From the NCBI RefSeq assembly GCF_006345805.1, contig NW_021836152.1, forward strand, positions 124,001 to 188,000: 64,000 bases of DNA. Reading direction: 5' to 3'. Below the pieces are notes generated by a model. It saw only the letters and a list, made by a program, of their open reading frames with translations, did not search any database and was not told where the DNA came from. This document shows positions 35,907 through 48,439 of the stretch, in pieces; position 1 is the stretch's first letter; each line of letters begins with the position of its first letter. Made by a program: the position numbers and the translations under genes. Source of the DNA: Octopus sinensis (taxonomy: Eukaryota).

Positions 35907-36117
35907 TGCATGTCTGTATGTATGTATGCATGAAAAGAAGCATATAAGGCGTTGTGTCAAAAGAGATGTGGTGAGAGGTGAAATCGATTGAGAAAAGCAA
36001 TTAAAAATGTATACGACTCATAAAAATGATTCATAAGTTGGTTGACAGAAGTTAGATCCTGGCTGACTGCTTTAACTTGAATGCATGACTTACATTTTTT
36101 AATTTTCATTAAAAGTA
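35340..36117 (+). repeat. Direct paralog of 44030-45102
   Basis: ORFs 34886..35611 and 44002..44295 share the same sequence. The match continues to ATTAAAAGTA. Confidence 0.88.
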
Positions 36118-36179
36118 TTATTATTATTATTATTATTAACATTATTATTATCATTATAATAATAATAATAATAATAATA

Positions 36180-36217
<38 letters not shown>

Positions 36218-36330
36218 CATCATTATCATTATTATTATCATCATTATTATTATTATTATTATCATCATTATTATTATTATTATTATCATCATTATTATTA
36301 TTATTATATTATTATTATTATTATTATTAT

Positions 36331-36639
36331 TCTATGTTTGACTTTTGCTTTATATTTGTACAAGTTGGCTCCAAGTCTCACCCAGAGACCTCAAGAGACA
36401 ACAGGCTGGAAGTTCATGTTGTTGTTATGTCTAGTGTGCCATATATTTGGGGGAAAATTTTTGCTGTTGTACTAATGAATGTCTAAAAAAAAAAATTTTT
36501 TTTCTTTTTTTTTTCTTTTTAAAACCGGAAATTATGTTTGTTTTAAACCTTGAGATTACATAGAAAGTATTTTGCGTAGGATATAAGCAGTTCCCATGAG
36601 CAATATCTTTTGAATTTCTGCCATTTTTGGGTTTTCTGG

Positions 36640-36640
<1 letters not shown>
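36331..36640 (-). mobile_element. Dong-type LINE 3' end in (TAA)n
   Basis: Nearly identical to 58613-58930, flanked by (TAT)n on both sides. Confidence 0.85.
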
Positions 36641-36716
<76 letters not shown>

Positions 36717-36730
36717 TTTATTTTATTATT

Positions 36731-37137
36731 AGAGCGGCGAAATCGATTTTATATTTGATCCTTTCGGGGTTGATAAATTACATCGGGGTCGATGTAATCA
36801 TCTAGTCCCCACCACCAAAATTAGGAAAAAAACAGCCCATTTGTATTTACAAGTAAGGATTATTATTTCCTCTACGCACAACAGATTAGACAGGAACAAG
36901 AAAAGTTCCTAACATCGGGCTACAGCAAGTAACCTTTTATGCGATAAACCTTCCTAAGTATCCTAGCTGTCCCTAATAACACGGTTTCCTGGAGCTGCAC
37001 TAAAGTAGGTTTTACGCCTAGTTTTTCTATTTCTTTGTGAAACCCTTAGGGATAATTCGTAATGCACTTATAGCTACAGGGATACATTTTATCCACACAT
37101 TTCCTAGCCTCTATAACTGAATGGCTAGACCCTGGTA
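36731..37137 (+). repeat. Segment D copy 2, cut at 37137
   Basis: Matches 10451-10857 and then switches to the Tx1-type element. Confidence 0.9.
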
Positions 37138-38933
37138 AAGGCTTTCGATTGATCCAAGTTGATCAGGGCCCCACCCATGCCAGGTTCGTTAACTACCCTG
37201 TCTATGATGTAGCGCATCAGATGGAGGTTGTCATGGATGCTCCGGCCCGGCACGGCGCACGTTTGTGCGTTGTCGACCAGTTTCTCGATGACAAGCGCCA
37301 ACCTCTTGGCTAACACCTTTGTCAAAATTTTCAGGTCTGCATTGAGCAGCGTGATTGGTCTAAAGTTATCTATAATGTTTCCCTTGTTTGGATCTTTCTT
37401 CAGCAGAGTTACAGCTCCTCGACTCACAAAACCGGGTATGCTCCCGTTTTGCTGCCAGTTGCAGTATACCGCTGCCAAGACGTCTCCAAACAAGTCTGGC
37501 ATACAATTGTAAAACTCGTAGGGTAGACCATCCAAACCCGGTGATTTGTCCCTCGAGCATTCTGCTATCGCTTCCTGCACTTCCGCCGCCGTGATGGCAC
37601 CTTCGCAGCACCCTGCCTTTCTTGTCGAGAGTCGTGGCAGGCTATGTAGGTAGGCACTGAAGTCCACCCTACGTTCTTGCCCTCCACTCGTTCCGAACAG
37701 TCGGGCAAAATGCTGCTGAAAGGCCTCACACATTTTACTTGGCTCGAGCAATTCGCGCCCCTGTTCATCTACCAGTGACCGAATGGTGGCTTTGTTGCCC
37801 TGTTGCGCCTCTGCCACCCGGGCCTCTCTCGCGGCTCCAACACCTTCGTTCCTTAGAGCACGCATCCTAGCTCTGACAGCACATCCTTCGTGTTTGGCGT
37901 TGAAGTTTTGGTCGAGGGCCAACCTCGCCGCCAAAACGTCGGATGCGATGCCGCTTCTAATTGCCTCTTCTAGCTTCTTAACTAGCTCACCCTCTACTCT
38001 ATTTCTATCTATGGCTAGTGCTTTGCTGTACCTAATTGCTTCTGCTTTTACTGCTCTCTTGAGGGCAAACCACCATTTGTTATTGATGATGGCTCCCGTC
38101 AAAGCCCTCTTTACTAGTGTGCTAATCCGGTCTCTGAAAACTTGTCTGGACGGGAATGAGGCGTTCAGTTTCCAGTACCCAGGACCCTGTCTATGTGCCT
38201 TATCTAAGTCTAGCGTACACGTCACCAATTTGTGATCCGTGTAGCTGACTGTGTGGAATTGTGGACATCCTAAGTTATCCTTGTCTACTGTCCTACACAG
38301 TATCCTATCTAGATACGATCTCGACGACCCACTGCGGTTGCTCCATGTCCACGTTGGTGCATTTGGGTGGTCGAGTCGGTACCTGTCAGACAGTTGGAAT
38401 CGTCTGAGCAGGTCTCTGAGGCATTTGCATCCCCTTCTGTTTCTGTCTCTACCCACGTAGTCTACATGCGTGTCCATGGTAGCATTCCAATCCCCCACTA
38501 AGAGTAAAGGACGAGACGTTCCCAAGAATACTTCTAGACGTCGAAAGAAATCCGCCCGACCTGTTAAGGGCGGTGCGTAGACTGATACGAGTCGAAAAGC
38601 GCACACATTGCTGCCGTCAACATCCAGAACGATCAGTCTACCCTCCGGGTCTACGAATATCGTCTTGACTTCGAGATCCAGGCTCTTGTGAAAAAGTACC
38701 GCGGTGCCACTACCGCCCATCCTCGGCAGACAGGGAGCGAAATAAATGTTAAACTGTCCGCCAAACATGGACTTTAGGGCCCGTGGCTCGTGGAGTCTGG
38801 TCTCACTTATGGCTATGATTCCCAGATCATGTGACTTATGGCTATGATTCCCAGATCATGTGTCATTTAGGAGGTATCCTTGTTTCCAAGGAGACCCCAA
38901 GCCACGCGCATTCACACAACCAATCTTGACCAT
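37138..38933 (-). pseudogene. Tx1/L1 ORF2 (APE + partial RT), frameshifted by a 29-bp tandem duplication
   Basis: ATG at 38933 (MVKIGCVNARGL). ACTTATGGCTATGATTCCCAGATCATGTG is duplicated at 38805/38834. Motifs VYAP, GDWN, SYLD, TDH, GYWKLN, KSPGLDG, FRPITLLN, QTCAVPGR. Confidence 0.88.
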
Positions 38934-39044
38934 GATTCTATTGGGGTGTGTGCTTTAAAACACACAAATGAAAGTACAGAGAGTTACTTACTTGTGTCGA
39001 AAGTTTTGGCTTCCTCGTTCTTTGATGTGTCTTCGAGGAGGTTT

Positions 39045-41129
39045 TTATATAGTTTTTGGGAGATATTTCTGGAAACCCCCTACAGCATTTGGGAAGAGGG
39101 CTTTGAGTTTGTGGTGTTGTGTTTGTGTGATGTGTAGTATTTTGATGTGTTTGGGTGGTGTAGTGCGTGGATGATTGCTATTTTTAAAGTCATCTTCACA
39201 AATGTTTGTGTATCCTGTGATGTACTCCATTAGTTTGGAGTCTTTTGTGTCTATCGCTGATAGCATTGTTTTTGTGGTGTTGGTGCTTGTTTTGTTGTGT
39301 ATGGAGTTTTCAGGGTTCAGGTATCTCCCTGCTTTGGTTGCGATTTCTTGTTTGGTTTTTCTTGATCTTTTTCTTTTACCCCCTGTGGCTATTTGCCATT
39401 CTGTCGAACTTTCATCGTTAGATGAAAAGTCTGACGAATCAGCAGGGGGCAAGGGTAAAGCGTCTGGGTGTGTTTGTGCGGTTGTAGATATTGTTGTGGT
39501 GCGCGGGGAGGGTGTTGCTGGGGGGTTTGTTGTGGTTATTGTCTCTCCTACATCCTTGGTGCTTGTCTTCTTCGTTGTTATTCTTGGTGTTGGAATTGGT
39601 TTATTTGTTGTTGGTGGTGATGATTCTGTTCTTGGCGCTGGTGTTGGTGTTGTTTGGTTGGGTTGGCTTGTTCTTTGTTGTTTTTCCTGCATTTCCGCAT
39701 ACAGCTTCTTGACTAGCTGTCCATATTGTGGTGTGGGCAATAATCCTGGCTTTTGTGATTTTTCCTGTGGCTGTTGTTGTTGTTGTAATTTTGCGGCAGA
39801 TTTGCACTCCTTTTTGAGGTGTGCCTCACTGCCACATGTATAGCATCGTGGCCTTCTGCGCTCGACTACTACGTATAACTTCCGGCCATCCTCAAGATGT
39901 ACGTGGGTGGGGATTTTATTTATGTCCTCTTGACTTATGTGGAAGAGGAACTCTATTCTCTTTCCCAGCCAGTCCTTGTTTTCCGAAACACCGATATCTA
40001 GGATGTTTAAGTCCTCCATTTCGGATGTTAAGGCGGATGTTATCCACAGTGTTGTAGTCACTTGGGGGACACCACTGATAATGACTTTCGTCACCTTCTG
40101 GCCGAGGTAACTCGGTGTCAACGTTAGTTCATCAGAATGAAGGGTTATCGTTGAGAATTTCTTCGCCAACTCTTCACTCTGAAAAACCACCTGTATGTGT
40201 GCGAACTTGTTCGCCCAAGTCACACAATCCTTGTATCCCCAGATGGGGCGTAAGCACTTTTCGACTTTGTCTGTGCTTGCCTTTTCTGGACTTTTAGTTT
40301 TTTTATTTGTGATTTTATCTACAATTGTCTTTTTTTTCTCCTCATTCAGTATTTGTTGAGGTATGTGTAAGAGTATTTTTCCGTTTTCATTTGTAATAAG
40401 GTTTCTGCAATCTTTAATCTGTTGTGTAGTAAACGAAACTTTTGTTACCTTTTCTTTTATCGCCTCGGCGAAGTTTGTTGTTGTTTTGTTATTGTTGTTA
40501 CTGCCGGTGGTGTTGGTGTTGATGGCAGGGGTGTGGGTTGTAGGTTTGTGGTTGCTGATTATGCAACTAGCAAGGGGTGGAAAATTGCCTGCGTAATTTA
40601 GTCCTGCATTAGCGCAAATTTCGACATTTCGTTTGCTTGTCGTCGTTATTTTTTCACTTGTTGGTGATGGAGTGAGCAGTGGTTGAAGGGAATTGTTGTT
40701 GTCGTCGTCGTCGTTGTTGTTGTTGTTGTTGTTGTTGTTATTGTCGTTCTTGGTGACGGCGGTGGTGTTAGTAGTATTAGTAGCATTGACGGCACGGTCT
40801 TTGGTGGCGGTGATGGTGATGTTGGTATTGTTATTGGTGGCGATGTCTTTAGTAGGGATAGCAGTTTTAGTAGCAGATTCTGCCATGGTGTTGTTGTCGG
40901 TGTTGGTGGTGGTTGACTCACTGATGGTGTTGACGGTGCTTGGCCTTGCGACCTTTGTTTTGTATTTGTTGCTGTTGTCGATGTTGATGGTGGTGGAGGT
41001 GGTGTTGTCAGGTTCAGCGTATGCTAACAGAGCATCCTGTTTTTCTGTCTCTGCGTCACGCTTGACTTGCACCTCAGCCTCGTGGTGACCAGTGGCCATT
41101 TTGGAAATAAAATGGCTAAATGAAACCAC
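39045..41129 (-). CDS. Tx1-type ORF1 (Thr/Asn-rich N-terminus, RRM-like middle, CCHC knuckle)
   Basis: 694-aa ORF with CYTCGSEAHLKKEC. The likely ATG is at 41099. Confidence 0.8.
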   Translation of the reverse strand: MVSFSHFISKMATGHHEAEVQVKRDAETEKQDALLAYAEPDNTTSTTINIDNSNKYKTKVARPSTVNTISESTTTNTDNNTMAESATKTAIPTKDIATNNNTNITITATKDRAVNATNTTNTTAVTKNDNNNNNNNNNNDDDDNNNSLQPLLTPSPTSEKITTTSKRNVEICANAGLNYAGNFPPLASCIISNHKPTTHTPAINTNTTGSNNNNKTTTNFAEAIKEKVTKVSFTTQQIKDCRNLITNENGKILLHIPQQILNEEKKKTIVDKITNKKTKSPEKASTDKVEKCLRPIWGYKDCVTWANKFAHIQVVFQSEELAKKFSTITLHSDELTLTPSYLGQKVTKVIISGVPQVTTTLWITSALTSEMEDLNILDIGVSENKDWLGKRIEFLFHISQEDINKIPTHVHLEDGRKLYVVVERRRPRCYTCGSEAHLKKECKSAAKLQQQQQPQEKSQKPGLLPTPQYGQLVKKLYAEMQEKQQRTSQPNQTTPTPAPRTESSPPTTNKPIPTPRITTKKTSTKDVGETITTTNPPATPSPRTTTISTTAQTHPDALPLPPADSSDFSSNDESSTEWQIATGGKRKRSRKTKQEIATKAGRYLNPENSIHNKTSTNTTKTMLSAIDTKDSKLMEYITGYTNICEDDFKNSNHPRTTPPKHIKILHITQTQHHKLKALFPNAVGGFQKYLPKTI

Positions 41130-41323
41130 GAAGGCTATGAGAATTTTTTCTTTTAAATTTTGCCCACAAGGGGCAAAATTTTGTGTAGATATTTATCAAA
41201 GGTTTACAGTGGATGTTGTTGCACAACTTTTAAACACAAAATATTTGTCAATATACACTTTTGAACGTACAAAAATACCAACTTACGTGGAGCCCATTTG
41301 ACTTGCGTCTGTCTGTCCAGAGA

Positions 41324-41342
41324 GATAGATAGATAGATAGAC

Positions 41343-41429
<87 letters not shown>

Positions 41430-41447
41430 GTGATAGATAGATAGATA
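41324..41447. repeat. (GATA)n microsatellite
   Basis: Direct reading. Confidence 0.95.
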
Positions 41448-42918
41448 TAATATATGTGTGTGTCCGTGTAATTATAATAAGGGCTTAGAAATAAATTTGC
41501 TAGCTATATGCTGAGAAAAAAATATTGATGACGATCGTAACGAATATGATGAGCTGGAGGGGGATTGTGAAGATTATCATAATCAAGATGATGATCATTT
41601 GAATGAGGAAGATGAGCTATAAATTTTCCAGTGGAGTTGTTAAATGAACAAAATCCACGTGAATTCCACCTCATATTCTGGTGATGAACGTTTGGAGTAT
41701 TATAATGTGAGAACGAAACCTCAGACCCCTGAAGAGTTTACTAAATAGAACATGAGCAATAATTATAGAAGAGTGCAACCATCTTCTTTATACAGCAGAA
41801 ATATTTACTGGCAACAGTTAAGAAGAATGGGTTTTCATTTCACGAATTTATTTCTCACATGGCGAGACAAATCTACTTTTTCAACATAATCGCAGACAGT
41901 TCCCCTTGATACTATTCTTTGTTATTGTAAACATAGTTTTCTCCCAGACCTACCAGATGCAAGTGAAACGAAAAGAATGCTTCCTCACTCTAAATGGCAT
42001 CAACTATTCTCTCAAACAACTATTTGTCTGAAATGAAGTCTTTTGATTCCCTCCTCAAATTAAGTTCGGTCCTCCAAAATATCCGTTTGAACATTAGAAT
42101 GAAAATTAAGAACTGGGTCTGGTAAGCCTAATGTGGTACAACTAACACCATGCAATCACAATATCAAATCTATTCCCTGTATGAATTGTTAAAGGAAATT
42201 TTAAAGTAGCTTCGTTAAAAGTCTTCAATGAATGTACTTTCAATCAGCTGATACAGTTCTACAGGGTATTTAAGCGCGTCAACTGCATATAGCTATGCAT
42301 AGCTTCGCCTCGGTTAAGATTGGCGAAACATCAATACCTGCAGATTCTTCTAGACATCTCATTCACTTACCATCATAACTACGTAAAGTATATTTTTCTG
42401 CTGTCTTCGATAATGTTTCAAATACTTCACCTTTTCGATTCCCAGTTGGTAAATCTTTAAAATTTAAGGCTCCTCGAATATATAATAGTAATGGAGGAAG
42501 ATAAAATCTATCGGGCGGACATAAGAAATCTTGGGTGGCCACAAGAAGGAGAACAACAACAACACGACTCTGCAAAGTTAGCTATAGTAAATATAGCCTC
42601 ATATGCAGGTAACAATGATGAAATTTCATAAAGAGCCTCTAGTGTAACAGTAGGAGATAGGGAAACCAAAAGACCAAAGGGGTTAAAGACTTTTAAAACA
42701 AATGAAGTAAGATTATCTGACTGGCAAGAGAAGGCTTTGCACGGTAGATCTCCAAAGATAATCTCAGAAGAAAATAATAATGAGACAGCTGTGGATTCAC
42801 AAAGCAAGACTGAAAAGGGAAACAAAACTGTTGCTAGTAATAACACAAGGTTTGATATTGAGGGCTATTTGGATAAAAGCCAGGATAGAAAATCAGGCAG
42901 ATTAACAAAGCAGGTTAA
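41448..42918 (-). repeat. Segment F' (inverted paralog of 11161-12620)
   Basis: See segment F. It retains a 20-bp stretch (41777-41796) that the 12-kb copy lacks. Confidence 0.92.
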
Positions 42919-42987
42919 ATCTATCGGGCGGACATAAGAAATCTTGGGTGGCCACAAGAAGGAGAACAACAACAACACGACTCTGCA

Positions 42988-44002
42988 TGATTTTATCGAT
43001 TGTTTCTGATGGTAAGGTATTGCATGGAAAACTAACGTCAGAATTGAGTTTCTTAGGGTAACATTAAGCTTCCCCATGAGTTTTATGAAAATCGATTGCA
43101 AGTTGCGAAAACTACCATAGAAAATGTGTTGCATATAAAAAGCTTAGATTCTCGACCCCATACCGAGTTTATCGATTTTGTAGGTTGCAATGTCTTCTCT
43201 CCACTCGAATACTTCTGTATATACGATGTTCCTAGATGTCCCTTTGGGCGAAAACATGAAAACATCATTGCGCCTCCCAACGCGTGAACAGCCCACGTAG
43301 AGTTGACCGTGGGCGAAGCACTGTTCGCCCAACTGTAACCCAGCGACTTGTAGCGTTTGGCCTTGGGATTTATTGATGGACATTGCGAAGCAGAGTTTAA
43401 CAGGAAACTGAGAACGCCTGAAGTGGATTGAAGGTGCATCCGTGGAATGAAGACGTCCTCTCCATTCCCACAACCGGTAAGTATTGTGGCCGTTATTAAA
43501 TGTGGTGGCAAATGTTTCACAACCAAACGTGTGCCGTTGCACTGTTTAGGTGGAACCAAATTCCTGATGAGCATAATGGGCGCACCGACTTTTAACTTCA
43601 GGATGTGTGGTGGCAGGCCTGGCGGTTCAAGTGAATTCAGGAATTGAACAGGATAATCGGCAAGCTGGGCGGGGTCTGCTGTCCTATCTATAGATTTGTA
43701 GACGTGGACATCACCAGGAATAGCTTCAAGTAGCTGGACATTGATGTAGTTGAGAGTTAAAAAGGTCGAGTTGCGTCCCCTAGACAGTATGTGGTTTGTG
43801 TTTCTGATTGTCGACCCCATGTCGAATTTATCGATTTTTTTCAGAACTGAGGGAACTTTTCAAAATTTTCGCTGCGTTAGTTTTGAATTATGACATTGGA
43901 CTATGTGTGTGTCAAGTTTAATCAGAATCGGTTGAAAGCCGTGGTCAGGGTGAGGGTACAACCAAACAGACACACAGACACACAGACAGACAAACTGCCG
44001 TT

Positions 44003-44005
<3 letters not shown>
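42988..44005 (-). mobile_element. Internally deleted Helitron with a Pif1 helicase C-terminal fragment
   Basis: PPGLPPHILKLKVGAPIMLIRNL, CNGTRL, QFPVKLCFAMSINKSQGQT, HGQLYVGCSRV, NIVYTEVF. Helitron-like 5' end TATATAAACGGCAGTTTGTCTGTC; no 3' CTAG visible. Confidence 0.88.
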
Positions 44006-44034
<29 letters not shown>

Positions 44035-44762
44035 CATACACATAAGATGATTGCTCCACCTTGGCAGATGTTTGCCGTTTTCTTTTGCTTCCTGTCTGTC
44101 AAAGGCATTTCTGTGTTTCCATTCATGACCTCTCAGTTGAAATTTAGTCTCTCTGCCGATCTGCCTTCTTTGAAGCGTAGGTGAGAGACGAAAGTTGTTG
44201 TAGCCTACCGTGCGCGTCCATTCTTCCACCACCGTAGGAACTTCAGCAGATGAAATGCCGAATGTGGTCATCTTAAAGACATAACTGTGCATCATTTGAT
44301 TATAGTGAGAGGCACCTGTAGAATACCAGTATCACTCTGAGTTTCTGTGACTAGAACCTAGTGGCAGACCGAACAGAGAGGACTTTTAATCAGGTCAAAC
44401 AGCAGGTTTCCATCTGTAGGCACCTCTGATGCAACCAAGTGATCCGTCCTTTTTAGTGGTTTTACTGCATGCCGTGACATCAACCAAGGTTATTTCTGCA
44501 TTTCCGCGCTCCGATACAATGTCATTACTTATATTAGTTAACTTATATTTGGACCTTGACCTTTGCTACAACTCCGTCCGGATCAGAGTAGCGCGGGGGA
44601 CTATAGTGGCTCCGAGGTGATTCCAGATTCCACAAACTCTGGAACTCCCGAACAAAACACCCCACTACTGGATGCAGTTTGAGTTATACCCAGCACATAG
44701 ATCTAGATATATGATCATACATACATATATTTATACATGTATATATATATATGTGTGTGTGC

Positions 44763-44849
<87 letters not shown>

Positions 44850-45314
44850 ATATATATATATATATATATGTATGCATGTATGTATGTCTGTATGTATGTA
44901 TGTATGCATGAAAAGAAGCATATAAGGCGTTGTGTCAAAAGAGATGTGGTGAGAGGTGAAACCGATTGAGAAAAGCAATTAAAAATGTATACGACTCATA
45001 AAAATGATTCGTAAATTTCATTGGTTGACAGAAGTTAGATTCTGCTTGACTGTGCTATAAAATTGAATGCATTACCTTAATTTCTCAATTTTTATTAAAA
45101 GTAGCGAACGCAAACCATCAGAGTAAATATTTTTTGTTTTAAATGACCAACCGAATATTGCCTTTTTTCTTAGGTAAGTCTCTAATTTTTTCTCACTCCG
45201 TTCTTTTCATATGTCACAATTTTGAAGTAGCAATGAAAATAGATGCCTTGCATTACGATTGATATATTAATATATCCTCAGCCCCGAAATTTCAGGCTTT
45301 GTACCTTTAGTTCA

Positions 45315-45387
<73 letters not shown>

Positions 45388-45526
45388 GAGTGAGAGAGCA
45401 GTTCATGCCATCAAAGTGACACTGGGGTAAAATATACGAAGCCCAATATACCCATCATGACTACCCGTCTGATAAAGGTACACCAGGCACATGCATCACA
45501 ATTATTATTATTATTATTATTTTAAG

Positions 45527-46013
45527 ACCGGCGAAATCGATTTTACATTTGATCCTTTCGGGGTTGATAAATTATGTACCAGTTAAACACTGGGGTCGAT
45601 GTAATCATCTAGTCCCCACCACCAAAATTAGGAAAAAAACAGCCCATTTGTATTTAGAAGTAAGGATTATTATTTTCTCTACGCGCAACAGATTAAACTG
45701 GAACAAGAAAAGTACCTAACATCGGGCTACAGCAAGTAACCTTATATGCGAAAAACCTTCCTAAGTATCCTAGCTGTCCCTAATAACACGGTTTCCTGGA
45801 ACTGCACTAAAGTAGTTTTTACGCCTAGTTTTTCTATTACTTTGTGAAACCCTTAGGGATAATTCGTAATGCACTTATAGCTACAGGGATACATTTTATC
45901 CACACATTTCCTAGCCTCTATAACTGAATGGCTAGATCCTGGTACTTTGCTATTTTCTGTATAGTTTCCATATTGATTTTCTCATCATTTGGGATTGTAA
46001 AGTCAATTACCTG
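45527..46013 (+). repeat. Segment D copy 3
   Basis: Matches 10451-10925 and keeps the undeleted SINE core. Confidence 0.88.
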
Positions 46014-46129
46014 CTTAAGGTAAGACCAACTTTGCACCGAGGATAAAATACTAACCCACCATTCATTGTTGATAAATCCTCTACCTTATCAAGTAACACA
46101 TTTCGTATTAACGATGAAACTTCTAAAAG

Positions 46130-47110
46130 AAATTATGTAAAATGGTCATCTATTTAATGAAAAGCTTTTGATATTTGGAGATGACTTTCACAAGACAGCT
46201 AATGCAATTCGAAGATTCAGCAATGTTAATATAAAAATACTGCACGAAGAGTTGGCCATTATAGAGATATGTGAAAATTCTTCATCTTCCAGTAAAAATG
46301 GGAAATGCGAGCAAGAAGGATTTCATATTTGTATCTTGAATATTAGAAATGTTATTTTCACTTACAATGCTGGGCTTAATGATTGTATGCTTGCCATACC
46401 ATAAGCAATGATTGTCGGTGATGTAGTCCACTTTATTTATTGTAAATTCAGTTAACATCATCAATGATGAACAAACTGCCTCTTTTGATTTATATAACTT
46501 ACATTGGGAATCTACCTGATTGTGCTGACTTCGAAAGTTTGTGAAACATTGAAACTTAACAATGATATTCTGCAGCTCATATACCGGGTCTATCAAGAAA
46601 ATATATAAAATCAATGATTCGATAATTGTTGATGACGATGACGACAACTAGGAAAAAGACTACGACGACGATGACAACAGTGAAGATGACTACGATGAAG
46701 ATGTTGATGCAGCGACGAGGATGCAGATATTGATGACGATGATAACGAAGTTGATGAGGTGGAGGGGATTGTGAGGATTTTCATGATCAAGATGATGATC
46801 ATTATAATGATGAAGATGAGCTATAGATTTTCCAGTGGAGTTGTTAAATGAACAAAATCCACGTGGAATTCCACCTCATATTCTGGTGATGAACGTTTGG
46901 AGTATTATAATGTGAGAACGAAACCTCAGACCCCTGAAGAGTTTACTAAATAGAACATGAGCAACAATTATAGAAGAGTGCAACCATCTTCTTTATACAG
47001 CAGTTAAGAAGAATGGGTTTTCATTTCACGAATTTATTTGTCACATAGCGAGACAAATCTACTTTTTCAACATAATCGCAGGCATGGCCCCTTGATAACA
47101 TTCTTTGTTA
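46130..47110 (+). pseudogene. Decayed Helitron helicase region
   Basis: LFNEKLLIFGDDFHKT resembles PFGGK.ILLGGDFRQ; PPHIL and downstream sequence are shared with segment F. Confidence 0.5.
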
Positions 47111-47810
47111 TTACCATAAATATATTTCAGGGTTAGTCTTTTATCAGAGTGGGAGTATATCTACGAGAGCGCGTATTTAGCACTGGATAGTTATTTGTAG
47201 TTCTAAATAGGATAAAAAATCAGGAGCACCATAAAAGACAGATTTCCATCTCATAAAATAAGGGCATCTCCTACTTAAGGACCATATATTCACTAAATGT
47301 GTAGTCATGAATTGCCTTTTGAGGCTAAATAATGATGTTTACGACGAAACTACTGGCGTTTATTGAGCTAACTATTGTATTGAACATGAACTTCTGTAAT
47401 TTAATTTAGACATTTATTATGCAAATATTCATCGTAGACCAAAATATAAATACGGCGCAGTTCGGATGTAAAACAAATGTCGTTGATTGGAAAACAATAA
47501 TATTTCTATAAATATAATCAGTATTTTGTGTGTATAATCATGGGTTAGTGCACATATTTTGTTTCAGTCTATGTCATTATGTGGCTTTTCTGTGCATACA
47601 CACGCATCCACATACGTATACATGCATACAAAAAAACACACACACAAACACACACACACACATGTGTATAGACGTATGTGTATACACTTGTAAAAAAATG
47701 TACACATTTTTGTGTGTACATTCTGGTCGTATAAACCTGATTCTGGAGTCTCATGTATTCAACACATATTTTGTATTATCCGCATTTGTGGAATTTTACA
47801 TATCTTGCAT

Positions 47811-47881
<71 letters not shown>

Positions 47882-48439
47882 CATGTTTATTACATATTCT
47901 TACTCGTATTCAAATTTGTAAGGTTTGGGGATTGCTCAGTGATAAACTGCAAAATTTTGACGTCAAAGCTAATAAGAAATGCTTGTCAACAAGGTGCACG
48001 TACATGTAAATATAAAGTTTTAAGAGCATAAACTTTAAAATTGTAGAATTTCGTGTAGTTTAAACATTAATGCCGGTATGCGTATGCAAATACCATTAGT
48101 TGTTCAATGTTTCCGAGAGTCGAATCCAACGGAAATAATTATATACGAGTCGTGCATATATAGTCTATCGGTGGTCTCTCCCTGGACAGGTCTTGTGACT
48201 GTGAACCTTCTTCAGTAGTGTCTGCCACTGTTATATTGATTACTACTGAAGCAGATTGTTCCAGTTCTAATGACGAAACTGGCATCAGCTGGTCCCGAGA
48301 TTTTCCCGATACATATCATCTATTAACTTTGGGGCATTCGGTGGGCAATATGTATTGCATATGACTATATTATGTTGTCTTATGTATACAATTAAACTGT
48401 CACATACCGAATTTGAGTATGTCATTAAGACCTGGGGTG

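Larger units (their letters stand above)
37137..41320 (-). mobile_element. Tx1/L1-type LINE, 5' half, 3'-truncated inside RT
   Basis: CCHC ORF1 plus APE-RT ORF2 ending at LDQSKAF. The 5' end abuts (GATA)n. Confidence 0.88.
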
